From NCBI GenBank assembly GCA_029932675.1, contig JAOZPP010000001.1, positions 24,099 through 88,098 of the forward strand: a stretch of DNA of 64,000 bases, read 5' to 3'. Positions 1-10,004 of this stretch are shown here, one piece after another. Source of the stretch: a bacterium. GTDB taxonomy: Bacteria > SM23-81 > DAOVCL01. The first letter of the stretch is position 1. Every line of letters begins with the position of its first letter. Below the pieces are notes generated by a model, which made no database searches, was not told the DNA's origin, and saw only the letters and a program-made list of their open reading frames with translations. Made by a program: the position numbers and the translations under genes.

Positions 1-1067
1 TCATATTTTTCATATACAAGCCTCTTCGCTCTTTGTCCCATTGCATTAGCTAAATTCGGGTTCCGTAATAACCATAAGATAGCCTCGGCAAGGGGCTCAG
101 GTTGAGCCACTGGGACAATAAAACCACATTTATTCTTTTCTAGTAATTGCCGATTTCCCCCTACATCAGTGGCAACCACAGGTTTGCCACAGGCCATTAC
201 CTCCAAAATAGCCAAAGAAAGCCCCTCCTGCAAGGAGGGGAAAACTGCTAAATCAAATGTCTGAATGATTTCTTCGATGTTATCCCTGTGGCCAAGAAAT
301 CTAAAATAAGGCTCCAATCCCAATTTAACTACCAGATTGAAAAGTTCGCCTTTCAGTTCACCAGCCCCTGCTATAATGAATCTGGTTTGAGGAAATTGGC
401 TGACCACTTTTTGTACGGCCTTTATTAAGTATTCTTGACCCTTCACTTTTGTCAAGCGACCAATAGTTCCAACTACAAATGCATTTTCCTCTATTCTTAA
501 AGAGTTCCTTTCCACCTGAGTGCTAACCTTTTTCTTAAATCTACTCAAGTCTATTCCATTGGGGATAACCACAATTTTTTTTGCATTTATTCTGGCCCTC
601 GATATTAGAAATGCCTTTGTCTTTTCGTCCGGGACGATTATTATTTCAGAAAAAGAACTCTTAAACCGGTCATACAAATTCCTCACAAATTGGTTTCCCA
701 AATCTTCCCTACCTATTCCATGCCTCGTCTCAATTCTTACTGGAACCCGCTCCAAAGCAGCAGCTAACAGGGCCAATCTGGCTGTATGTGTATGTAATAA
801 TTCGAACTTCTTTAATCTCAAGAATTTCACAAAATTGGGGAAAATGTTTAAAAAAAGATGTTTATTTCTTGGAAAAACAGTAGTTTGAATCCCCAATTCT
901 CTTACCTTTCTAACAAAAGGACCCTGCGTAAAACAAGCCACCTCCACCAAAAACTTCTCTTTGTCAATTCCCTCAAGCAATGTTATCAAATGCCTTTCTG
1001 TTCCGCCAGATTGAGTAGGTCCGATAGTCTCCAAGATTTTATGTCTTGCTTTTCTCACTTTTTCCAT
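1..1067 (-). CDS. glycosyltransferase family 4 (GT1 fold), partial; 3' end lies beyond window start
   Basis: Minus-strand frame from ATG at 1065-1067 (MEKVRK...) stays open to position 1. It contains EGLSLAILEVMACGKPV, the typical GT4 C-terminal domain motif. Confidence 0.65.
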   Translation of the reverse strand, partial: MEKVRKARHKILETIGPTQSGGTERHLITLLEGIDKEKFLVEVACFTQGPFVRKVRELGIQTTVFPRNKHLFLNIFPNFVKFLRLKKFELLHTHTARLALLAAALERVPVRIETRHGIGREDLGNQFVRNLYDRFKSSFSEIIIVPDEKTKAFLISRARINAKKIVVIPNGIDLSRFKKKVSTQVERNSLRIEENAFVVGTIGRLTKVKGQEYLIKAVQKVVSQFPQTRFIIAGAGELKGELFNLVVKLGLEPYFRFLGHRDNIEEIIQTFDLAVFPSLQEGLSLAILEVMACGKPVVATDVGGNRQLLEKNKCGFIVPVAQPEPLAEAILWLLRNPNLANAMGQRAKRLVYEKY

Positions 1068-2047
1068 TGGGTTAAAGGGTGAGGTCGAAAAACAAAAACA
1101 AATAATTTAATAAAAGAGGAAAGTATACCCAAAATAGTGATCAAAACCGCACTTCGCAAATCTTTAGAAATCCTCAAATATTTCAACAACAAACAGAGAA
1201 AAGCTAAAATAAGAAAAGAGATAGAAAGTAACCCCCCGATCTTAATTCCTCCCCAAATAAAAAGAAAACCGATAATAAACAAAATTGTCACTGTCCTTTT
1301 CAAATGAAATATAAAACCATAATCTTTCAATTTTTTTTGTTTGAACTTTTTCCTTGCAATTAGATCCCAGCAGGTAAATCTATAACTCCTTTTTAAAAAT
1401 TTTGATAGAGTATCTGGTAAGGGATGAAAAACTATCAAATCCGAAATGTACTTTATTTTCGACCCTTCTTCAATGGCCTTATATATGAAAGCACGGTCAT
1501 ATCCGATTCTTAGAGTGGTATCAAATCCTCCTAAGCGATAAAAAATAGCCTTTTTATAAAAAAAATTCGTTCCAACAGGTGGAAACCGCTTTACGCAATC
1601 CTCCATATAGTTACAACTATTTTGAGGGAAGGAAATCGTGGAAGCTAAGGTCCTCTCAAAAAAATTTCTTGGATGGCAAACAAATGGTCCAAAAATTATG
1701 TCATTATCTTCAAATTTCTCACTGGCTTTTGATAACCAGTTCCTACTGGCTACTGCATCTCCATCAATAATGGCAATTCGGTCGTATCTGGCTTTCTCAG
1801 TACCTAAATTCATACAGGACGCAGCGCCTCTGTTCTCCTCTCTAAAGTAAATTCTGACATTTTTGTAATTTACAAACTCACTTAAAATTTCGTCAGAGGA
1901 GTCGGTAGATCCATCATCAACTATAATCAATTCAAACAAGTGGTAATCTTGATCTAATACAGATAAAACGGTATCCCTTACCGTTGAGGCATTGTTAAAT
2001 ACTGGTAGTATTACGGATATTCCCGATTTGATATTCATTGTCATCAC
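1055..2047 (-). CDS. glycosyltransferase family 2 with C-terminal TM segments
   Basis: N-terminal ILPVFNNASTVRDTVLSVLDQDY...IIVDDGSTD is a GT2 signature. Stop TGA at 1055-1057. Overlaps the next gene by 14 nt. Confidence 0.8.
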   Translation of the reverse strand: MMTMNIKSGISVILPVFNNASTVRDTVLSVLDQDYHLFELIIVDDGSTDSSDEILSEFVNYKNVRIYFREENRGAASCMNLGTEKARYDRIAIIDGDAVASRNWLSKASEKFEDNDIIFGPFVCHPRNFFERTLASTISFPQNSCNYMEDCVKRFPPVGTNFFYKKAIFYRLGGFDTTLRIGYDRAFIYKAIEEGSKIKYISDLIVFHPLPDTLSKFLKRSYRFTCWDLIARKKFKQKKLKDYGFIFHLKRTVTILFIIGFLFIWGGIKIGGLLSISFLILAFLCLLLKYLRISKDLRSAVLITILGILSSFIKLFVFVFRPHPLTQWKK

Positions 2048-3401
2048 AAATTTTACACTCTGAAATTCTTTTCAATACACTCGATAACGCCAGCATAATA
2101 AAAAATATCTTATATTCTTGTACTGATAAGAAAAAACCTGAAATTAGAAACCCAATAAACCCTACCATCAGCCCTCTTGAAATGGCTAACATTTCAAATT
2201 CTTGAAGATCCGAGAATCCCACAGACCCTTTTTGAAAATTCCTTAATGCTAACCAAATAATACCTATGAATGGAATGAATCCAATTACGCCCATCTCGGC
2301 AAGCACTTCTAAATACATATTATGAGCTAAACCTCCAAAAAGCCCAATATATCCTTCAGAAGCGTTAACAAAATTTCCCCAACCTATTCCAAGAAAAGGA
2401 TGATGTAAGAACATGGAGATGCCAGTCTTAAATAACATTAATCTCTTTATGATTGAAAGATCGGCTTGGAAATTTACAATTGATTTAACTCTTAACCAAA
2501 ATTGCGGAGGGACAACCTGAGAGAGAACAAAGGCAATTAGGAAAATACTGAGGAGATTTCGCTTTAGGTTTCGCCGATTGAACAACAATATACCTAAGAC
2601 TGAGACCAGGCCAACAACCCCTCCTCGGGAATAAGAGAAAACAATCCCCATAAAAAAAAGGAGAAATAGAACACTGAGGGCTATCCGTTTCCATATTATG
2701 ATCTCTTTCACAAGTAAAGTAAAAATGAGTGGAATGATCATGACTAAAGTAATTGCAAAATAATTAGGATCTGTACTAAAACCTCTCATTCGAAGCAAGT
2801 GAAAAACGTGTATGTATGTCCCCAACCCACTGCTGCAAAAACCATAAACAACACTAAAAGTTAAAATTCCAATAATTACAGAGAGGATTTCATTAATATG
2901 TTTGGACTTAGACACTAAGTTAATAACCAAAATAAAGAAAAAAAAGTCTTTTGACCACGTAAAAAGTGTTTTGAATCCGGTCTCAAAATTCCCTGTATTC
3001 AAAATTGAAAGACACCCTGCAAATAAGAAAACTAATAAGTATTTGCCTTGTTGGTCAAAATAAATGCGGGCTTCGCCGCGATGGACCAAGCGAATTATCC
3101 AAGCGGTGAAAGTAACTATAGCCAAAAAAGCGAATAAACCCTTAATCGAGAATCCATATTCAATCCCAGAAAACCTTATCGCGGCACAACTATATAAACC
3201 AAATTCCGGTTTGAGGTAGATAATACCAATGGTTGCCAAAATTGCCAAAAAAATTAGGAATTTAATTGGATAGGTGAATAAAAAATAAAAACAGCATATT
3301 TCAAGGAACACTAAACATAGAATGCTCCTGGCCCCATGATCCTTTGTGAGATACAGGTGTCTACCAGATGAGTAACCTTCAGCTTTATTTAGAGTTACCA
3401 T
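1995..3401 (-). CDS. O-antigen ligase / Wzy-like polysaccharide polymerase family membrane protein
   Basis: Polytopic membrane protein with FSYSRGGVVGLVSVLG, a Wzy_C-type motif. Sits in a glycan locus. Confidence 0.65.
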   Translation of the reverse strand: MVTLNKAEGYSSGRHLYLTKDHGARSILCLVFLEICCFYFLFTYPIKFLIFLAILATIGIIYLKPEFGLYSCAAIRFSGIEYGFSIKGLFAFLAIVTFTAWIIRLVHRGEARIYFDQQGKYLLVFLFAGCLSILNTGNFETGFKTLFTWSKDFFFFILVINLVSKSKHINEILSVIIGILTFSVVYGFCSSGLGTYIHVFHLLRMRGFSTDPNYFAITLVMIIPLIFTLLVKEIIIWKRIALSVLFLLFFMGIVFSYSRGGVVGLVSVLGILLFNRRNLKRNLLSIFLIAFVLSQVVPPQFWLRVKSIVNFQADLSIIKRLMLFKTGISMFLHHPFLGIGWGNFVNASEGYIGLFGGLAHNMYLEVLAEMGVIGFIPFIGIIWLALRNFQKGSVGFSDLQEFEMLAISRGLMVGFIGFLISGFFLSVQEYKIFFIMLALSSVLKRISECKICDDNEYQIGNIRNTTSI

Positions 3402-3444
3402 TCTCCTATCTTTACAAATATTCTTTCATGAAAACACTACCCCT

Positions 3445-4302
3445 CTATGCTGGTCCAATGTGAGAGGAGGAGTTTCCAAAAAGCTGCAGATAGCGATTAC
3501 GGATTTCTTCCCTCTTTACTATTCTCAGAGCATGATAAACACACAGTAGGGGAAATAATAAACCATAAAATAAAAGCACTGTGAGATATAGAAAAGGACG
3601 GAGATTGTTTAATGGAGGAACAAATACTGTAATCAAGACAATGGCCGTGACCAAAATCACTACTATTGTGTAATTAAAGGGCTTAATCAAGACATAGGAA
3701 AGTAGATTTTTCAATTGACTCGGCCTTGGGGAGGAAGAAAACTTAGAGTTAATACTTGTATTCACCGTAGGAACGCTGCGGTTACTTTTGCCAATCGCCT
3801 TTTTATACACCTCAATAATCGCTGAATCTTGGCAACCTAAATCCAACTGTTTATTGATGAACATAGAGATTGATGCCGAAAACGCCAGGGCGAAGATGCC
3901 CACCTTTGGTATCCCCTGATATGCGGCAAAGGCTAAACAGATAAAAGTTAAAGGATCAACTACACAATGGCCCACAAGGTCTAAGAATAAACCGTTTATG
4001 CTTGATTGGTTCCTTACCCGCGCTATCTCCCCATCGACACAGTCGAAGACGAACCAAAGCTGAAGGAGGAAAATACCTAAAAGCGATAACCCCGCCTTAT
4101 TAAAGGCTAACAGAATACTTCCAGCCACCCCAAAGCCAATAGAAAAGAGGGTAGCCTGGTTGGCGGTTATACCAAGGGGGAGGAGGAACTTGGTAAAATA
4201 GACGGAGATCTTCCTCCCTACAAGTTTACCATACCACCCGTCGTGAGTACGTGCTGGTTCCTGCCCCAGCTTTTTCAAATCCTTAATGGAATAAGCACCC
4301 AT
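3445..4302 (-). CDS. CDP-alcohol phosphatidyltransferase family protein
   Basis: Contains FDCVDGEIARVRNQSSINGLFLDLVGH, matching D-x2-DG-x2-AR...G-x3-D. Multi-TM. Confidence 0.65.
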   Translation of the reverse strand: MGAYSIKDLKKLGQEPARTHDGWYGKLVGRKISVYFTKFLLPLGITANQATLFSIGFGVAGSILLAFNKAGLSLLGIFLLQLWFVFDCVDGEIARVRNQSSINGLFLDLVGHCVVDPLTFICLAFAAYQGIPKVGIFALAFSASISMFINKQLDLGCQDSAIIEVYKKAIGKSNRSVPTVNTSINSKFSSSPRPSQLKNLLSYVLIKPFNYTIVVILVTAIVLITVFVPPLNNLRPFLYLTVLLFYGLLFPLLCVYHALRIVKREEIRNRYLQLFGNSSSHIGPA

Positions 4303-4413
4303 CTTTGAGTCTGGATTATATCTCCTAAGAGCTAAACCAAGTCCCAGAGGGCTATGTGGTCCCCTACCGTTGATTCCCCTCTTAGAGGATTTTGACGAGA
4401 CAATTGGGGGAAA

Positions 4414-5394
4414 TTATGTGACCACAAGATTTAGGTCATCAATCAACAACTCCCTATTAACTGCCCTAGTCCCAATCCCACCAATGACAATCCCTGCCGC
4501 ATGATTAGATAACTTTGCTGCTTCCCGGAGTGAGGCCCCGGCCAATCTGCTCACGACAAAAGTGGCGATAACTGTATCCCCAGCACCGGTGACATCGTAG
4601 ACCTCTTTGGCGACCGTAGGAAAGTGGGTAAAAACGCGTTTGGGCTCAAAAAGGGCCATCCCCCTTTCTCCCAAAGTGATCAACAAAACATCCACCCCAA
4701 CCTTCCTCCAAAGATCCCATCCCACCTCCTGCAGGTTCTCCTCATCTATGATGGGACGACCAGCGATCTCCTCTGCCTCCCGTCGATTAGGGGTGAGCAA
4801 GGTAGCCCCTTTATACATTTCCCCATGTCCCCTGGTGGGATCAACGGCTATAAAAACACCTTTCTCCCTGGCTAAGGAGATCGCCTCCTTGAGAAGATTA
4901 GGGCTTAGTGTCCCCTTCCCATAATCGGAGATTATCACCCCCTGAACGGAGTTCAGCTCCTTCTTAAATGAGTCCCACATCCTGTTTGAGATCTCCTCTC
5001 CTACCTCCGAAATCTCCTCCCTATCCACCCGCACAACCTGCTGCTGATGGGCTATGATCCTTGTCTTTGTGGTTGTCGGCCTGGAATCATCCTTGACAAG
5101 AGAGTAATCTTCAATCCTTTCCTTGCGTAAAAGGGAGTGGATACGCCTTCCCTCCCTATCATTCCCCACAACACCGATCAGAATAGGTTTAGCACCTAAC
5201 TGTTTGATATTATAGGCAACATTTGCCGCCCCCCCCAACTTTAGGGATTCACTCCTCACCCGCACAATAGGAACCGGCGCCTCTGGTGATACCCTCTCGA
5301 CCTCACCCCAGACATAGGCATCCAACATCACATCCCCCAAAATGAGCACTTTAACCAGAGGAAATCCCTCCACTATCCCCTTAAGACTTCCCAT
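4414..5394 (-). CDS. D-glycero-beta-D-manno-heptose-7-phosphate kinase (RfaE/HldE domain I type, pfkB family), stand-alone kinase
   Basis: LILGDVMLDAYVWGEVERVSPEAPVPIV...GGAANVAYN and EVYDVTGAGDTVIA closely parallel the HldE kinase domain. Confidence 0.65.
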   Translation of the reverse strand: MGSLKGIVEGFPLVKVLILGDVMLDAYVWGEVERVSPEAPVPIVRVRSESLKLGGAANVAYNIKQLGAKPILIGVVGNDREGRRIHSLLRKERIEDYSLVKDDSRPTTTKTRIIAHQQQVVRVDREEISEVGEEISNRMWDSFKKELNSVQGVIISDYGKGTLSPNLLKEAISLAREKGVFIAVDPTRGHGEMYKGATLLTPNRREAEEIAGRPIIDEENLQEVGWDLWRKVGVDVLLITLGERGMALFEPKRVFTHFPTVAKEVYDVTGAGDTVIATFVVSRLAGASLREAAKLSNHAAGIVIGGIGTRAVNRELLIDDLNLVVT

Positions 5395-5395
5395 C

Positions 5396-6457
5396 TTAGC
5401 TCCTTCCCATCAGTTTCTCTATCCCTTCTAAGACCTCCTCCACGGAAATAGATTCAATACAGCGAAAATCCCCATACTGACAAGAAAGGGGTCTGGCAGA
5501 ATAAAAAAAACAAGGGCTACACGAAAAATCCCTCCTAATGATTTCATACTTAGTCTTCCATGGGTGAACCCACCCTGGATTTGTAGGTCCGAAGATGGCT
5601 ACAGTGGGCAAACCTACGGCGGCGGCAATATGCATTAAACCAGAGTCATTGGTAACGAAGAGGTCACATCTTTTCATCAGTGCAGCAGTCTGCTTAATCG
5701 TGGTCCCTTTTACCATGTAGCCATCCCCCTCCAAGGACTGATCTATTCGCTGGTTTGTTTGCACCTCATCCGGGCCTCCGAAGATGAGGATCTTGGCCTT
5801 ATATCTCTGAACAAGAGCCTTCCCCAACTGGATGAACTTCCCCTCAGCCCATCTCCTCTTCGCTTGATTCTTGAAACGAGCACATCCAGCATGGAACCCC
5901 ACTTTAAAATCCCTGGCAATCCCCCTCTTCACCAACCAATCCCCCGCAAATTTCTCATCCCCCTCATCCAAGAATATCTCCAATTTCCCCGGGGAATCAT
6001 CCCTTATCCCTAAAAGACCGATCAGAGCCAAATTCTCCTCTACATCATGGCGTGGGTAGGATTCAGATACCCTTCTGTTGTTGAGAAAATTTAGGCTCAA
6101 AAGATCCAAATGATCATACCTGTGCCCCAACCTCAGTTTTGCCCCCACGAGTAGGCTGATCAGATTATATTCCCTCCGATTAGCTGGATAGGCGTTGATG
6201 GAGATATCATACCTGCAGGCTCTAAGCTGGGTTAGGAACTTAAGTGAGCGAAAGGCACCCTCCTTAATAAAATTCCAATGAATTACTTCATTTAGATGGG
6301 GATTTCCCTCCAGAATCTCGGCGGCGCCCTTGAACATGACCAAAGCGACAATATAAGCTGCGGGGAACCCCCTTCTGAGCAACCTCAAGGCAGGAGTGAA
6401 TAAAAGGGTGTTTCCAATTCCAGCAAGACTTATTACCAATATCTTCTTCACGCTCAC
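5396..6457 (-). CDS. glycosyltransferase family 9 (ADP-heptose:LPS heptosyltransferase-like)
   Basis: KILVISLAGIGNTLLFTPALRLL N-terminus and VTNDSGLMHIAAAVGLPTVAIFGPTNP C-terminal motif are typical of RfaF/RfaC/WaaQ family. Confidence 0.7.
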   Translation of the reverse strand: MSVKKILVISLAGIGNTLLFTPALRLLRRGFPAAYIVALVMFKGAAEILEGNPHLNEVIHWNFIKEGAFRSLKFLTQLRACRYDISINAYPANRREYNLISLLVGAKLRLGHRYDHLDLLSLNFLNNRRVSESYPRHDVEENLALIGLLGIRDDSPGKLEIFLDEGDEKFAGDWLVKRGIARDFKVGFHAGCARFKNQAKRRWAEGKFIQLGKALVQRYKAKILIFGGPDEVQTNQRIDQSLEGDGYMVKGTTIKQTAALMKRCDLFVTNDSGLMHIAAAVGLPTVAIFGPTNPGWVHPWKTKYEIIRRDFSCSPCFFYSARPLSCQYGDFRCIESISVEEVLEGIEKLMGRS

Positions 6458-6515
6458 CAGACTGCCAGTTCACCGAGGTAAAGGGGACTACTTCCCCATT
6501 TTAAGAACAATCTGC

Positions 6516-7508
6516 TCACCTTTTCTCCTGAACTGCCTTTGGGGTGATACCTCCCTTCACTACACCCTTTATGTCGACCAATGCGAATAGTATCCCCCCC
6601 ATCACCCCCACCAAAAGGGTAACAATGTAAGTCAACAACTGCATAGAGGCTGCCTGGGTGGCGACGACACCCACCTTTTGGAAAAGGATCATCCCTGAGC
6701 TTTCCCTCACCCCGATGCCGGCAATGGAGATGGGAAGGGCAATGGCTAAAGCGATAAGGGGAATGATGAGAAAAAAATAGAGAAGTTCAATCCTGATACC
6801 AATGGAAAGCGCTATCATATAGTTTATCAGAATCCTAATCGATTGAATTACTAAAGAGAGGCCAAGAAATTTAAAAAAGAACCCTGTGTTCCCCTTAAAG
6901 GAGTAGATTGAACCATAGATCTCTCTCAAAGTCCCCCTCAATCCAGAGGGGAGGAAATGAAAGAAAAACCTATCCCCCATCCTGGCCACCCATCGATTAA
7001 AGAAAACGAAAAATATAGAGAGGAGGATGAAAAGGGAAGCCAAAGTCAAGCTCAAGAGCTGGAGGCGCTGGAGGTTTCTTATAGAGAGCAGAGTAGCTAA
7101 AAGGGCTAAGGCAACTAAGGCCACAAACCCCATCAGCCTATCCATTATGGTGGCAGCAATCACCCCTTCCTTTCTCCTTACCCTCTTCGAGAGATCGTAT
7201 GCTTTGTAAACATCCCCACCAATATTGGTGGGGAGAAAGTTGTTGAAGAAAAGGCCGACAAAATAATAGTAGAGAGCCGCCTTTGGGGTTATCTCTATCC
7301 CCTGGATCTTCAGAAGTAACCACCACTGAATGGTCCCCAGCACGTTGCTGAGGGCAAAGAGGAAAACCCCTCCCAGGAAGAGAAATTTGTCCGCCTGGAG
7401 TAGTTGCTCAAGGATCTGCCCCACCCCAACCTTATAAAAGACCCAAGAGAGAAGAGCAATACTGAGGAGAGCCTTGAGTGAAGTAGTGAGAAATTTTTTA
7501 GAACTCAC
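6516..7508 (-). CDS. flippase-like domain membrane protein (UPF0104 / LPG-synthase TM-region family)
   Basis: Multi-TM protein with MSSKKFLTTSLKALLSIALLSWVFYKVG N-terminus, typical of TIGR00374-like proteins. A paralog lies at 37006..38028. Confidence 0.55.
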   Translation of the reverse strand: MSSKKFLTTSLKALLSIALLSWVFYKVGVGQILEQLLQADKFLFLGGVFLFALSNVLGTIQWWLLLKIQGIEITPKAALYYYFVGLFFNNFLPTNIGGDVYKAYDLSKRVRRKEGVIAATIMDRLMGFVALVALALLATLLSIRNLQRLQLLSLTLASLFILLSIFFVFFNRWVARMGDRFFFHFLPSGLRGTLREIYGSIYSFKGNTGFFFKFLGLSLVIQSIRILINYMIALSIGIRIELLYFFLIIPLIALAIALPISIAGIGVRESSGMILFQKVGVVATQAASMQLLTYIVTLLVGVMGGILFALVDIKGVVKGGITPKAVQEKR

Positions 7509-7521
7509 TCACCTCCCCCCA

Positions 7522-9990
7522 TCATCCGCTACCTCCCTTCTGAGCCGTATCCGCTTCTCCCTTGTTAATCAGGTTCTGCAGCAGCCCCTTAGCCCCTTTA
7601 TCATCAGGATGCCTCCCTACCCACTCCTCAAGCTGGCTTACCGCATCACTATCCCTCTTGGCCGCTAAATAGAGGCCAATCAGCCTCTTCATCCCCTCCT
7701 CGAAGTCTGGATCGATCTCTAAGGATTTCTTCAGACTGCTAATTGCCTCTTCTTCCTGGCCGAGTTGGTGTTGGATCATAGCTAAATTGACATAGTTGTT
7801 CAACTTCTCTGGCCATTTCCCTATCTCTTCCTGCACAACTTCCAAGGCTTTATCAAACTGCTTGTTTTTCACATATATCTGAGCGAGAAGTTCATAAGGC
7901 CTAAAGTCATCTGGCAGCACCTCAATGCATTTCTCCAGGGCAGCTACAGCTTCTTCGGTCCTCCCCTGCTGGTCATACTCATAGGCCAAAAAGACAAAGG
8001 CCGTCGTATAGTTGGCCAAAAGTTTCTTCATATTCTCGTTCTTGTAAACCGCGGGATCGGCCAGCCCCCTGAACTTGTAGACATCCCAGAGGTTGTGGTG
8101 CATCCTCTCCACATCAATCTGATGAGGCTTCTTCTCTGAGACCAACCTGTAGACCAACCCCTCCATCCTCAGGTAGTCCTGTAAACCAACCTTGTTGTCA
8201 TCGGAAACAGTAACCGCAAAGAAGATGGGTTTCCTCCACTCATTGGTAGTAATTATATTTTTCACCATGATGTCCTGCACCCTGATGATCTTTCCATTCT
8301 TCAACCTATAGGCCATAAGCCTCTCAATTTGATCGTCAGAAAGGCTAATGGGTACCTTAGGCTCCTGGTGCTTTAACTGAAGGATATACCAGGGTGTATT
8401 CAACAGGCTGAGGTTAACCACTCGTACGTCCTTCCTCACCCCCTCTACCTCCTGGATATACCAGAGGGGAAATGTGTCATTATCCCCGTTGGTGAAGATT
8501 ATCCCATTTCGATCACAGGATTCCAGCATATTATAGGCGTAATCATGGGCAATATAGTTGCCGGTGCGATTATGGGTTCTATAGTTATGGACAAAAGGGA
8601 TCACCGGAGTGACCAAAAAAACTACAGAGGCAAAGGCGATAAAACTTCTGCCCCCATTGTGAACCCTCTTCAGCCTCGACTTCAACCATTCGAGAATGGT
8701 GGAAACCCCTATACCTATCCAGAGGGCGAAGTAGACGAATCCTGGGGTATAGAAGTAGTCCCTATCCCTTACTTCCAGCCTCACCCCCTTTGTCCCATCA
8801 GAGAAGTTCATATAGAGGATGAGGCCCATAGTACCAATAAAGAGAAGGGAGAAGAGAAAGACGCCTAACCTCCTCCTCCTCTTCAGGAGAGAGGGTATTC
8901 CAATGAGGCCCAAAATGACTGGGAGGATCCAAAACCTCGCCGGGGTATACTGCTGGCGAAAGAAACCCCAGAAACCCATATGCCGATAGACCCCAAACTG
9001 ATGCGCCCAGGTCCCCTTGCGTTGGAACATCCCCTTCATCATCCCGGTTTGGCCATACTGTTTTCTCTCCAAGAACATCTTGAACCGCGTCCAGTTGGCT
9101 GGGTCGTTTTCGTCTATGGCCGGGTTGAGATGGGAACGGATGGGGATGTAGGCATTGGTCGAATAGCCTAAGAGGGCAACAAAAACGATCCAAAAGGCAA
9201 ACCGCCACCGCCTTTTCCTTTCTCCAGTTGTAGAAAGGGACATAAGCAGGGTGAGGATGAGGGCCCCGCTGGAGAGCACAAAGAAGGGCTCAATTCCCTC
9301 CGAATAGGAGACAAAGGCCAAAGGAATGATTGCCAGCCAGAACCTGAAGTCTCCAGCCTTCCTCCGATCGACAAGGAGAACTAAGAGAAGAAGTGCTGGG
9401 GCGGCCAAGAAGACCGTCATATGAAAACCTATCCCCACAAAGAGTAGGTAGACCATCAAGAGCAAAAGTTTGTCGCTCTGAGGTTTCTCCCAGTTCTGGT
9501 ACCAGCGCAGGGCTAACCAGCTAAGGAAGACCATAAGAAACATTGCCACTCCATAGACCTCAGCTTCCGTGGAATTGAACCAATAGGTGTCAGAGAAGGC
9601 CATAAACAGGCTCCCCACAATCCCCCCTACCGCGGGGACTACCTGGTTCCATCCCTTCCGCAACTCAGAGGAATAGAGCTTGACAACTCCGGAGATAAAG
9701 AGATAAGCAAAAGCTACTGTCCCTGCGCTGAAGAGAACGGAGATAAAGTTAACCCTCCTGGCCACAGAGCTAAAGATGGGCAGAAGGGTAAAGAGTCTGC
9801 CCAAAAGGACAAAGAGAGGAGTTCCCGGTGGATGGGGTATTCCTAAGATATACGAACAGGCGATAAACTCCCCACAGTCCCAGAAGGGGACAGATGGAGC
9901 CATAGTCCTCAGATAGACAATCAAGCTAATGAGAAAGACTAATCCAGCCAAACAAAGATCTAATGCCCATTCCCTTCTCTTTGTTTCCAT
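7522..9990 (-). CDS. DUF2723 (GT-C fold, PMT-like) membrane protein with C-terminal TPR repeats
   Basis: N-terminal PFWDCGEFIACSYILGIPHPPGTPLFVLLG motif with many TM helices. C-terminal ~250 aa are TPR-like repeats. Confidence 0.65.
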   Translation of the reverse strand: METKRREWALDLCLAGLVFLISLIVYLRTMAPSVPFWDCGEFIACSYILGIPHPPGTPLFVLLGRLFTLLPIFSSVARRVNFISVLFSAGTVAFAYLFISGVVKLYSSELRKGWNQVVPAVGGIVGSLFMAFSDTYWFNSTEAEVYGVAMFLMVFLSWLALRWYQNWEKPQSDKLLLLMVYLLFVGIGFHMTVFLAAPALLLLVLLVDRRKAGDFRFWLAIIPLAFVSYSEGIEPFFVLSSGALILTLLMSLSTTGERKRRWRFAFWIVFVALLGYSTNAYIPIRSHLNPAIDENDPANWTRFKMFLERKQYGQTGMMKGMFQRKGTWAHQFGVYRHMGFWGFFRQQYTPARFWILPVILGLIGIPSLLKRRRRLGVFLFSLLFIGTMGLILYMNFSDGTKGVRLEVRDRDYFYTPGFVYFALWIGIGVSTILEWLKSRLKRVHNGGRSFIAFASVVFLVTPVIPFVHNYRTHNRTGNYIAHDYAYNMLESCDRNGIIFTNGDNDTFPLWYIQEVEGVRKDVRVVNLSLLNTPWYILQLKHQEPKVPISLSDDQIERLMAYRLKNGKIIRVQDIMVKNIITTNEWRKPIFFAVTVSDDNKVGLQDYLRMEGLVYRLVSEKKPHQIDVERMHHNLWDVYKFRGLADPAVYKNENMKKLLANYTTAFVFLAYEYDQQGRTEEAVAALEKCIEVLPDDFRPYELLAQIYVKNKQFDKALEVVQEEIGKWPEKLNNYVNLAMIQHQLGQEEEAISSLKKSLEIDPDFEEGMKRLIGLYLAAKRDSDAVSQLEEWVGRHPDDKGAKGLLQNLINKGEADTAQKGGSG

Positions 9991-10004
9991 CTCTTCTCCT
10001 TTCT

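Noticed and set aside
520-1082. Plus-strand ORFs 520..888 and 858..1082
   Set aside because: They lie entirely antisense to a glycosyltransferase coding frame with clear GT4 motifs and have low-complexity translations.
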